DNA of 64,000 nt from Trichoplax sp. H2. Taxonomy: Eukaryota. Below the pieces are notes generated by a model, which did not search any database, was not told the origin of the DNA, and saw nothing but the letters and a program-made list of their open reading frames with translations. A program made the position numbers and the translations under genes. The DNA lies in contig NOWV01000206.1 of the NCBI GenBank assembly GCA_003344405.1, positions 1-64,000 of the forward strand, given 5' to 3'. This document shows positions 25,495-40,900 of the stretch, piece by piece. Within the stretch, counting starts at the first letter, position 1; every line of letters starts with the position of its first letter.

Positions 25495-25980
25495 CTATTT
25501 TACGTTATGATTTTAAATGGCTACCTTGTTCGCTATAACAGCTGCCTACTTTCAAATTTGGAAAAGATTTCATCCTGCAATATCAAGAAGTTTTATTTTA
25601 CATTTGCTTATACGTACTGTTAAATATAATGTGGTGAAATTTGCTGTGAAGTTCATGGGAGACCTTCAACGGTTCTTGAAACTTATTTCAAATTCGTCTT
25701 TGAAATTATGGCAATAGATTATATTCTTAAGTAACTTTTATTTCGTAACCTGATGGTTACACTTCATATGTACAATACATTTTATATATACGTATATATT
25801 TACAATAAATGGCTTTACACAAGGTCGCTATCAATTCTCATTCATGTAAGTCACACACCTTACAAACGTAGTACAGCTCAGAATAGCTCAACACACAGAC
25901 TACTGCAAGTACATAGGCTGTAAGCAACCAAAGATATATTCAAGATACGCATATATACAGTATCAATTTGCTGGCAAAAT

Positions 25981-28900
25981 CTATTTATTTGAAAGACTTT
26001 CAATATTTAACATCACTTGTAAAAGTTGACTCTTTTTGGATTTAATATCTTCATCTAATCGTTGGAGTTCGGCTTCAATATCTGATGTACTCATTTCCGC
26101 TATATTGTTGTGTTTTCTTCGGTGCCTACTCTTATGGTGATGGCGGTGTTTTCTACGTTTTTTTTTACTTCTTCCACGTTCTATAAAAGAATACAATTGC
26201 AAATCAGTTAGTCTTTTTTAACTCTATTAAATGCACCAACTAAATGTATATTACTGTGATTGCAGCCAACCTTTTGAAGCCGATGGTGAGGAAACTCGTT
26301 GATCGAAACTGTTATTGCCTACAGTTTCTAATTGAGCTCTTCGATCGACGCTATGCCTTCCTGCCGATATCATTTGGCTACCAGAGTCGATAGATCTAGT
26401 AGTTTGATTTCTGAAATAAATAGGAAATGTATCAAGAAGTTTAGTGTAACAATTTTTCCTTTCATAGACTAATAACTATCGTATCTATTTACATATTGCA
26501 CTGTACTACAATATAGTCCTATATAACAACTGAGTTGGTCCCAAGATTTACAAAGTTACCAGGCATAGCGGATATAAAAATTTAGCGGCAGGTAAAAGGC
26601 AGTTGTAACTATAACCACGAACTATTTATAATTTTAATAGTCCGTGCTAGAACTCATGCCTCGCATAACTAAATGATTATTAATCAGTCGATCCCTCGCT
26701 CGTTATACTTTGCGTGTATCACGAACTATTTATAATTTTAACAGTCCGTGCTAGAACTCATGCCTCGCATAACTAAATGAGTAATAACCAGTCGATCCCT
26801 CGCTCGTTATACTTTGCGTGTACCAACTGTGTTACGTATACCTTTTACTAATTTATAAGTTATCACTGACTCACTACACGCTAAGCATATTTATTACTTC
26901 CATATCTATCCCATAGACCAGTCGCCAGATTTTCTAGAATGATGCACATTATTTTTAAATAATATGAATTACATATCAGGTACGATCTCAATAAAATGTA
27001 TTATACAAGTTATTAAGACTGTAGTATATGCAAAGGCTAAAATTGAGCTATCAGCAGTGGAAAGGGAAATTCTATTTTATCAACTAAGAGAGGCAGGATA
27101 TTACGTTCGCGAAGGTTAAAACTATAAGGAAACATCTCGATTCTAGAAGTTCCAGCCAAAACTCTCACCTATCTACAGATATTGTACTAGATTATTTAGA
27201 CCGTATTATGCTCATTATAGTACTAAACATAATTTACTGACAGAAAGCACAATATTACAACAATGTCGCAGCGGCAATATTAAATTTAGAGGTTCATTGA
27301 TAAACCACAAACCAAGTGCTAACAGTTAACATGACAGTCATGAATCTTGAATTCTTGATAGAACTAAGTAAACATCGGTAAGTAGCAGAACTGCTAGTAA
27401 TGAGCCTTGCATGAAATCACTTGTCACTACAGTCATCTTATCGTTTATGCACTAATATGTTAATATACTGTGCAGCACTATGAACTAGGTATCTACAAGT
27501 CTATGACAGTACAGTGGTACTCACCAGCGTTATGCAGTGTTGAATAATGTATCACATCACAGCTTATTGATATGCAAGTATTCCTAACTTCCTATCCTCA
27601 GTCTACGCGTATAAACTAGCATTGTCTATTTAACACAGTGGCACAACAAAATGTCTAATAATGTACAGTATTTTTGTTTAACAAAAGTTGAAATTTAGAA
27701 GTATCTAACTATCGCAATCATAAAGTCCTTAGTGAGTACAGTATACTGTATGTGTCACGTCTGTAGCTCTTGGATAACAGTAATTCATTCGCAGGAACTG
27801 GTGCAATATTTTAATAATTTCGTGGAGTGCAGTGTAGCAAATACACATACTGTACAAGTGTACAGTAGTATTCTTTAAAATACAGTCGAAAAAAGTACTA
27901 ATTCAATCACAGGCTAGTCATTTACTAATTGTAAGCGTGAATAGCATCAGATAATAATTTATATCTACGCTTTGCAACTCTCTGAACAGTTAATACGGCG
28001 TCATGATTCATTCGTAGTAGAAGCTAGAAATTACAGAATATAGTATAATTTCTAGAAGTGCATGGTTAGTTAATAAAGCAACTACGTGACTCATCAACGC
28101 GACGTTTACTGAAAATGCATCACGTGTATTGTAAGTACGAACCTTGTATGATCTTCACTGGAGCTATTACTGGCTTGATCCGACGATGTTTCGCTATGAT
28201 TGATTATTGGTGAATCATCTAATTCTGTACGACTCAAAGCAGCCATCTGTAGCCTTTGCGAAGATTGCTCTTGATTATCTTCAGTATGACTTTCGCTTTC
28301 CTCTCGCCTTGGATTTTCTAATAGTACAGTATAATCCACAGCACCGAAAGCTTAGAAAGTCGAATGTGTGTACTGTACTGTACAGTAGACATTAGGGTAT
28401 GTGCACAGTGTACACTCACTGTACAGTACCCTGTGAAAAGTATATACTGTAAGCAGAGCCGAAAAATACTGTACTGTACTATACGCTCGTACTACAGTAT
28501 GTAAAAACTTTAAATACTGAATGCCAACTACAAATGAACTGGCTGCAACTCCGAGAATTTGTAATTGATTTACGTTTATTTTCTTCTCAGACTCAGAAAA
28601 AGGGAAAAAATATTACTGAAACTAACGTCAAATTATAGACTTCTACAGTAGTCTGCATGCATGTGCTCAGTCAGAGTACAGTAAAGTACACTGTACGTAT
28701 GATACTGCACTTCGTCCGGTACAACTTTTACTGTCCAACGTGCAGTGACAGTATGTACGCAAAACACCACTGTAAGGTGGTAATGTACTGTACTGTACAT
28801 TGTACAATAGGCAAGTAAATGGCTCACTTATTAATGGTTAAGAAGAAACAGTAGGGTAGCAGCAACGCATAAAATAAATAAATAGAATATTATACGTATA

Positions 28901-31900
28901 TCATATAAATCTGAACTGTGTCGCAAACACTACTGTACATAGTTCATTTAATAATTATAATTAGCAAGAAACAGTAGGTTGTCAGCAGCACAAAATATTA
29001 TACGCGTATTCGTATACGAGTATACGTACACGAATAAATCTCAACTGTGTAGAAGTCTACATTACTCAGACAGAAAATCCTTAGTACTATACTAGCTTAA
29101 CGTTCTGTCGATTCGCCAACAGAAATAACATAGTTCATAATGTAATGATTACAACTCTTCAGCTCTACTGCAAGATAGGCAAATATAACGCCGATAATGA
29201 TGTATATAATTAATTAATTATAAATAAATGGAGAAGGAGAATGGATAGAGATCATAATTATAGAAGTTGAATAGCTTATAGTTAATAACATATATATCGT
29301 ATATATATAGTCATAAATTATACAAACAGTACAGTACTTACCATAATTTTCAGGGGCAACGTAATCATACCGCGCAATCTTATCATACGTGAACATATCA
29401 TACGGCGACCTTGCAAAATTCACAAATTCGTGTAAAAAATGATTCGTTTTCTCATATAGGAAATGTGATAACTGTTCACGAAATTCATCCGATAGTATAT
29501 CGACTCTAAAATTGAAAATTAAAACAAAAAACTTAAGTATAGCAGGGAGTATACTTTCCGTAGTATGCAAGCCACACGACAGCGAATGGATAAATTCTCT
29601 ATGCATAAATCAATATCATTTTTTAATTCGTTACAGTAGTACGCAAACGTATTTATCGCATGCTATAACAGACACCCCACAAATTCCAGCATAGTATACT
29701 TGTATAGTATACTATAATCAAACGCTCTCATTTCTGGTACGTGTCCATACTCAAAGTATCCACATTGAGTATGCAACTTACTTATATATAATAGATAAAA
29801 TTAGCTGTCGAATAAAGGCAGCATCACCACTATTCCCAAGGACGACGTTTAATTCGCGACTAATCCAAGGAATAAGGCGGTGAGTGCAAGCAGGATTCCT
29901 TCTAAAGAATTCAGGTGCTATGAAAAAGAAAATTTATTGCAATTATAGCAAATGCATCGATAATTTATTCCTGAAATCACTTAGATACGCAAGGCAGAAA
30001 GCATTCGTAATTTACAACAAAAGCAATAATTACTCGACGTAAAATTTACTTACAAATATCTCTATATTTGGTTTTACCATTACTAGCCACTCCCTTTACC
30101 CATAAGGACGCGGCATAAATTGCCCTAGGTAAGTTCCGATCGATTTACAATTGTTCAATATGGTATTCCGTATGCATGGCAAAAATTAAGAGCAAATGCA
30201 TCAAATCTATACCTTCTTCTCTCCAATGATCTTAGATAAATTGGTTTCCTTCTCGTTGACGTAGAACCCCACTGAGAGTATCTAGAGGAGGAAGCATTGC
30301 CATTGACACCTGAAGTGCGGCTGGAACTAGATTGTTGGTGTCGCACGGGCCGACCTGATGTCATAGTGGTCCTATAGCGAAATCTGTTAACAAGATATAG
30401 TGTTATAACTTTACGAATTACGTTAACAAGATATAGTATTATAATTTTACGAATTATATATATATTACTTTGTTGCAAATATTATTTATAATAATTCGCG
30501 TAGTTCAATAAGACTTTAATATTACAACAGTTTGTTATTTGCTACTTTTGCACTAAATCGTAATATTCTAAATCCTCAAAGTATAAATTGGTACGTCAGT
30601 CTAAGAGCAACTAGACACTTTTGATACCGCCAAACAGCTGCATAAATATAAGATCAAAATTTCTGGAAGACCATTTTATGCAAATAAAGTAACATTCACT
30701 CAATAAGAAATACAGTAGTATAATCTGATTAGAGATAATGTTAGATTGACTTGAAGAATCTTGGCATATTTAAAGTTAGTAGCTAACAACAATAAATTTA
30801 CTCTCAGCTTGTTTAAATGATGATTGCGTCCTGGTTAATTAGAATTTAATTAATCCAATTTATCAGGTGATAGTGAAAAGTGAATATACTAGTTAGTCAT
30901 AAAGGTGTATCGGCTGAGAAGGTTGTAAATCTAATATAGATATTGGATTACGCTTAGTCCGGATATTAACCTGTTGTCTAAACGGAAAGCTCCATCGTCA
31001 ATGACCTCTTCTTTCTTTTTATCCGATTGCGAGAGTTGATACTATTAATAATTAAAACAAGCGAATTTTTAAATCTGCTTAAATATCAATTGCTACAATT
31101 TGCACTACAATCACGCAACAGAATTATATTATATCTAACTTAACATGATATTTTCCGTAATCAATACGTATTTAAATATTGACAGCGTTAAAAGTTAAAA
31201 ATCGCACTTAAGAGAGTAATGCTAATGTTATTTCCGTAATGTGAAACACATTGCAAGTTTGCAATATCAAATAACACTTTTGACTTTGTAACAATTCCAA
31301 GCAAATTAGGACCATGTTTATCTGATCTACTTTACGGCTACTGTAGATTTCAAATTATAAAAATTTAACTCTAAATCCAACTTCCTACTAAGCGTTACTA
31401 CACAGTCAAACAATTACCAAATGTATATATACTACGAGCAAGTACTACGATGTATTTCAACAACAGTCTAAGGTTATTAGCAGGCATACCATTTGATAAT
31501 CTTTGTCCGACTTTACCGTATGGATGATAGTCGTAAACTCCGATTTGCACAGAGGACACGTTTGTACAACTTCAGACCATTGTAAGATACAATAAAAGCA
31601 GAAAGTATCTATTTCCTAATTAAGGTGTTAAATAACATACTAAATAACTGAGCAATAATACTACTTTTAATGATACATACGTAGATTTATGTTCAAGCTT
31701 ATTCTCCCCCCAAATATGATTACTCGACGGAAGCCAGGCAGCAGATAGTTATTGGAGAAGCATAAACTTTCTAATCTCTAGCCGACTGTGATATTGCCAC
31801 TAATCTGCTTATAGTAGCTGAATCATTTGCTTATGTGAATATCAACATATACATATCACATGAATACAATTTTGTTACCAGTGTATACTACTTGGTAAAC

Positions 31901-32572
31901 ATTACGCACTAAAAATTCGAAGAAAACAAGCGGATGGTCAATGAATGGAAAGCGAATTGATTTTGCTATTATCGAAATGTACCCGGATGCCTTGAATGAG
32001 TATGCTGCAAGTTGCTGATGTAAAGATTCGAAGCAGACTGACAGATTATTCTATACTGAAAGTTATATAATACTAGTGTCAGCTTTCAAAGTTTAACCTA
32101 CACCACTATTTTATTTCTCATGATAACTCATTAGATACTGTACCAATATCACTTCATTGATTAAAAATGTAAGTCACTTAAAGTGTAAAATCTGTACCTC
32201 AGTCATTGCAGATGCTAATTGTTTTATACTAGATTTATATTAATCGGGATGCATATACGGACACTGTATGTGTTGACTTTGATCTACAATGTCGATATTC
32301 CATATCATAATTATCTCCAGTCTCTCAAAAAATGCGGAAATCTCAAGCAAGAATCGATGAATTTGTAATACCTACTGTAAACTTGCAACCTGGTACAGAC
32401 TGTTATGATCAAGGACGTATTGCTAGTTCGCTACATTAAGGATACGAAAACATTTCTCCAAGTAGGATTTATTTTCAAATGGGCATAAGCATATAGGGCA
32501 AGTAGGATCATCTTCGTTTTCCTTTGGGACTTCTACTTCCGAGCGAGTTGCGCTCGCTTCTGCCTCGGACAT
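25981..32572 (-). CDS. TOPORS: E3 ubiquitin/SUMO ligase Topors-like RING protein, 10 exons, about 468 aa
   Basis: Exons 32446-32572, 31490-31608, 30971-31041, 30213-30383, 30054-30124, 29782-29917, 29342-29505, 28143-28350, 26271-26410 and 25981-26180 total 1407 nt with consistent phases. RING-HC domain CPICLCPFENKSYLEKCFHTFCFYCILQWSEVVQTCPLCK. Topors blocks RFRYRTTMT, YRDISPEFFRRNPACTHRLIPWISREL and FLHEFVNFARSPYDM. Basic K/R/H tract near the C-terminus. Confidence 0.92.
26616..26822. repeat. 104-bp tandem duplication in a TOPORS intron
   Basis: cacgaactatttataattttaa(t/c)agtccgtgctagaactcatgcctcgc...ccctcgctcgttatactttgcgtgta occurs at 26616 and 26720 with few mismatches. Confidence 0.9.
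30386..30456. repeat. 36-bp tandem duplication next to the acceptor of TOPORS exon 4
   Basis: gttaacaagatatagt(g/a)ttataa(c/t)tttacgaatta occurs twice. Only the exon-proximal copy ends in AG on the coding strand. Confidence 0.8.
31609..32445 (-). other. U12-type (minor spliceosome) GT-AG intron interrupting the TOPORS RING domain
   Basis: 5' splice site GTATCCTTAA (core 32445-32438). Branch-site CCTTAAT at 31625-31619, ending 10 nt before the exon. No long polypyrimidine tract. Splicing restores the RING His codon (C|AT). Confidence 0.85.
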
Positions 32573-34036
32573 TTTGATGATGCTAAAGCTAAACTAAACT
32601 TCTGCTAAATCGAAGTACTAAAGTGCAATTTCGAGTAAAAATAAACTCCAACTACAAGTTACAACTGCTGCACTTTACCAAGTCCATACAATGTACAATT
32701 GTACATGTACACTTGTACAGTACATACTGTACAGTACAGTACTGCACGGTATACTGAATGAGTCTATACCGAAATACTCCGGTAAGACGGATTAGCAGAC
32801 GGACTGCTTACATATGAAGGCAGCGAAGCCGGGGGAACTGCAGGTACTTTTATATGGAGCACTTAATACTTTACCAGGTAAAGTATTTAGTGGTCCTTGA
32901 CTGTTAGAAGATTTAAAGTATAATTAACATACAGCCCTGACTATCTTAGCTAGTTAAAAGAATGATCGATCCTATGCAAGTTTTCTCATTCCCGATCACT
33001 TGATCAAGTAGCCACGTACAGAATATCTTCAATATTCGTGTATTCAAATACAGAATTATAAATAACAGTCTATAGCGCTAATTAATATATGAGCCATTCT
33101 TCGTAATAACAAGTAGTTTTTTTTAATTAAGCATTTAAAGTAGTATAAATTGCTGTTATAAAATCCAGATTTATATCGCATCTCCTTGGGCAATATAAAT
33201 ACAAACGATTTCCATGTAGTCAATACGGTATCTACAAGTAAAATGTCGAATCTTGGATCTTTATTATACAGTGCTTCGGTAAAAGTCATAACGATACAGC
33301 TCTTTATTACAGATTTTGCTTTACCATTTACATTCATTAAAATTACCTGTCAAAGATATGATTATTATTGGTATATTTATAGATTTCCCTCGCTGATTTG
33401 TTGTGCATGGTTAGGTCAAGCAGTCATACTGTCACATCAAATCGATGTTTAGGCTCGAATATCCTATCCTTCTATTAGCCTAAATTAATGACTACAACGT
33501 TCAAATACGCTCAACTGCTTAGCAGACTTCTATATACATACGGACGTTAATCTTACAGTATTAAGATCAGTACCTAGAGTTTACACTATAGCAGTACATA
33601 AGACAATCGTTTGTTCGTGATCTTCTCTCCTTCAATAACGGATAATATGGCCCATTGTACAGAGTTGTGTTCCCTTGAGTCAGAAGGCCTAAAAAATTTT
33701 ATGACGGTCAGGAATATCTTCATATGAAGCATATGAAGAATTGTGTAATTGGCATCCAAGGAGACCTGAGAAAGGTTGATCCGATTTTGATCGCATTAAT
33801 TGTTTGATATACTTGTACTTGGAATAGTTCTATTTCCAGCTAATATCACGAAAATCCAAGCTGCTACCGTAACCGCTAACAAAACCTAATCGATTATGAA
33901 GCAAATTGAACGAAGTCAACGCAAAAGTAATTTCTTATCCTCTCTCGTAAATTTATAATAATACTCGCAAGCGCGAACGCATACTACTACAGTATTTCTG
34001 ATAATACAGTACAAGTCTATGCGTATCAATGCGTAC

Positions 34037-34723
34037 AAGTTTTTATTGACTACCGCAGATGCTTCATGTAAAGATTCACTTCACTGCATATATCAATCCA
34101 TGTTCTGTTGATATCATGCTAAGACTCAAGTAATTGTATACTGTATTTACGCGTTTTAACAATGTGTAATAGAATAGAATGAAGATTTAACATTTCATAG
34201 AGCATAAACAGTGTCAAATTGCTTGTTTCACAATGTATGTTCTATGAAATGTTAAATCTTCATACCATTCATTTCATCGATAGTTTACTTACAATACTTA
34301 TAATGTAATACGCTGTCCTATCCATCTCTGATCAATCGATACATCCAATAAAAAGGTTTAGCAAGAAGTTATAAAGTTTTTATTGACTACTACAGATGCT
34401 TCATGTAAAGATTCACTTCACTGCATATATCAATTCATATTCTGTTGATAATATCATGTTAAGACTCAAGTAATTGCATACTGTATTTACGCGTATTATT
34501 AACAATGTGTGATAAAATAGAATGAAGATTTAACATTTCATAGAGCATAAACAGTGTCAAATCGCTTGTTTCACAATGTACTGTATGTTCCATGAAATGT
34601 TAAATCTTCATACCATCCATTTCATCGATAGTTTACTTACAATATTTATAATGTAATACGCTGTCCTATCCATCTCTGATCAATCGATATATCCAATAAC
34701 AAGGTTTAGCAAGAAATTATAAA
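34037..34723. repeat. ~340-bp tandem duplication between the TOPORS and DIMT1 5' ends
   Basis: aagtttttattgactac...cagatgcttcatgtaaagattcac...aaggtttagcaagaa(g/a)ttataaa begins near 34037 and 34374, with small indels and substitutions. No gap between the copies. Confidence 0.92.
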
Positions 34724-35156
34724 ATTGTCATCCTCAAGCTTAGCTAGTCAAAGTAACGATGGAAACGGATGTTGCTGACTGATGTTGCTAACTGCTAAAA
34801 CGAGCTGTTTATTAATATTGTATAGTACACAGGTAATGTACTGGATAGTATGCGCCACTATGACTGGACTACAGTACAGTGTACAGTGTACAGTACAACC
34901 ACATGCTCTACGGTACTGAGAATGAAGCAGCTAAGCCTGTCTGCAGACTGGAAATGATTGCAGAGGTGCAGCGCAGATCCATCTAGGAAGTAATCCCTAG
35001 CAGAAGTGCAAACTATCTGTGAATTCTTACAAGTAGCTGGACACGATTGTGGTGATTACAATTTTACCCTTTGAATCCAACAGAAAATATCGGTGGTTGC
35101 ACAGTTAATAGGAGAATTATTCACTTTATCGGAACCCGAATTAATACGAAATCAGC

Positions 35157-37978
<2,822 letters not shown>

Positions 37979-40900
37979 AAGATGAAATAACATCTGTACA
38001 CTTATTATGTACTTATCTATCGTTTTCTACTAAGCTAGAAGATGAAAAGATTATATAATGTCAAAAATATTTAAACGTATTTTGTATATAAGACATACAT
38101 AAGTATCTATTATTTTCACATTTGCCATGTCATCATGATGACTTTTAATAGCCGTACGCATATACGTATCGATGTAATGATGAAATATTGCGATCATGAA
38201 TACTTTGTTGTGTACCACTGTAGATTTAATTATTATTAAATGTTATGACTTCTCATAGCAAATGGAAGGTCTGACTTAAATTGTAGTAACCTAGACTGTT
38301 ATAGAATAGGGTAACAACACTTGGAATTATCTTTAAGTCGACTCCCCGCCTAGAGGTGCTTTGCCAACGTAGCAATTAGTGATTTATCCAAGGCCAGTAG
38401 CTAATATTGTAACGCAAGTATGTGTATATTGTTCCAAAGTACCAAAATTTATTTATACCGCTCGACTTATAAGTAATTATTATATCGATAAATATTAGTA
38501 AATGCACGGCTACGTTAACTATATCTAACCCAGATATAATATGTCTGTTGATTTTTACTAAGCGAGTATCCTTCTTTCCATGCTCCTTGTCGAAATATTG
38601 TAGAGATTTACCCGTAAATTATTAAGAGAAGCATGATTACTAAAATTGTTAATTTTTTTCATCATTTTATGGTAATATTGATATCAACTGCGTAGTTGAT
38701 TCGAATTGATCAACGTAGACCATCAATCTAACTTCTTACATGAATATAATAATTTATTTAATATAAAATCACATTAAGCGTTGTTGACTTAGCAACGACC
38801 AAATATAAGCACCACCTATATACATTGTTGATGCTTATTCAAAGCATTAATTAGTAGAGCATTTTAATAACTGCTTTTACAGCTTAGCATTTGGCAGAGC
38901 AATCGCATACGTATATTTAGAAACTCAAAGCATTATGGAAGATCCATTGTTTGGGTAAATATTGGTAGTATTCTCTAAATGTCAGGCAATTACTTCAGTA
39001 ATTGCAAGTTACATATGTATTGATTATTTGAATCAGTCTATTATTATTATATTAATCATCAAAGAAATATCCAGCTACATTTTTAGTAAATGGCTAAAGA
39101 AGCTATGCAATAGCAAACAATCAAGAATTCAAAATTACAACGATACGTCTACGTAGTAAATTATCAAGATATATACTGTTATGTCTAGTTGCTGTATTTA
39201 TAGAGTATAATCCGTAAAGCAAATTAATTGTCAGTTTTACAGCTACAACATATCAATTTCTATTCGTAAACATCTTTTAAAAATTTTGAAGTAAAACTAA
39301 CACAAGTCAGTATACTCGTATCTCTTAATCATTGGGTATGAAAGAGTTGGGTCAAGAATCCGTTAATATCATTAACTATCAATGATATACTGATAATAAT
39401 ATTTTACTTATTTACCGTATGGCCTTATAGTTTATTTTTCTTCCAAGTTGCCCCCGTAGATAGTTATAATATGAGGTTAATATCTTTATTTTATAATGAC
39501 AGTAGCAGTAGACTCATTGTCGGATTATCGTTGACTTGAAATAGCTAAAACTAGAAACGTAAAGGAAATAGCATTGCCAATAACAACAACAAATACATCA
39601 ACAAGCATCAAAAACAATAGCACGTTCTTTACAAGGGCTCCTAATGCCATATCAACAAAACAATAAGAATCATAATTCTACCAAAAGGGAGTTGTTGTAT
39701 TTTATTATCATAGTTCGTTAAAATTGCAAGGCATTATAATGAATTCTATTTTAGCAATCAAGAGGTGAATTTGCAACATGTTCGTTTTTTATTATTTCAT
39801 CACTAAGGTCTCTAAGAAAAATAAAAAGAAAAATAATAATGTTCCTAGAATTGAAACCTATTATTCTGTATCATGTTGTCAAATGGTTATGCAATACTGT
39901 TTCCTTGTTGCCATCATCACAACCATTCAATTAGCTGTAATGTAAGCAGTAACTTTCTATTTTAATCTATCTATTTTTTTTGCGCTAACAACAAGTTGAA
40001 GAAAGCTAGAAAGTTAATAGTCGTATTTTCATTACTACGTATATTTCAATTTTCTGGTTAACCTAATAGCACAAATTTCACTGTAGCGTAGAATATATTA
40101 TTAATGAATATATATTTAAGCGTGATGAATACACATCATATGCTATATTACATTCTAGAGATTACCTAGCCTCCGTGACTTATCAATAGTTTTTTTCCAC
40201 TTGGTTAAAATCAAAAATTATTTTCGACAAGGCTTTAACTAATCACTGATTCAGCAGCGAAAGATAGATAAAATAACTACAGAAGGAGCTAGATCTATTT
40301 ATAAACTCTCATTACTATAAAATGATCATATTTATAATAATGCAATGCATCGTCAATGTTACTTGCCGGCCATACAATTTCATTCTATGAATGACTGTGC
40401 GACTGAAATTTTTTGTGTCTCTATCGTACATATACATAAAGAACAATAAATAATAGGTAAATACTCCACTATTTGACGTCAAAAATATTCAAATATAGCT
40501 AGAGGCACTATATGCTTCGCCAAAGTATGTTTCTTTTATTCTATACTTGTCATAATTGAATCATGACCTATTTAATGTTATATCTGATAGTATGCCATAC
40601 GCAATGGAATACCATCACTTGCTTATTATCACAATATAATCTTTATTATCTTTTGATCGCTCATTATAAAGTACGTGTGCCAGGCTTGCATATATACATT
40701 TGAATATATGCAATATACATGTTATCCGATGGACAGAAATAAGTATTTTAAATTTCTGTAATGCAACCATCATACCCATTAATTATATGGGTAACACGGA
40801 ATGTATCATAAATCGGAGTAGATAAAGTTTACCTTAAAAATTTTCTTCAGTGACACTTTTTTCATTTTCTTCAGCTGAAAAATATTAATAATATTTACTG

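Noticed and set aside
24153..32572. Conserved TOPORS-complex I subunit neighbourhood (human TOPORS lies next to NDUFB6)
   Set aside because: The small gene here does not resemble NDUFB6, so the parallel is probably coincidental.
33056..33780. ORFs and splice-like signals between TOPORS and DIMT1
   Set aside because: I could not assemble a consistent spliced ORF with recognisable similarity. A non-coding transcript is possible but unsupported.
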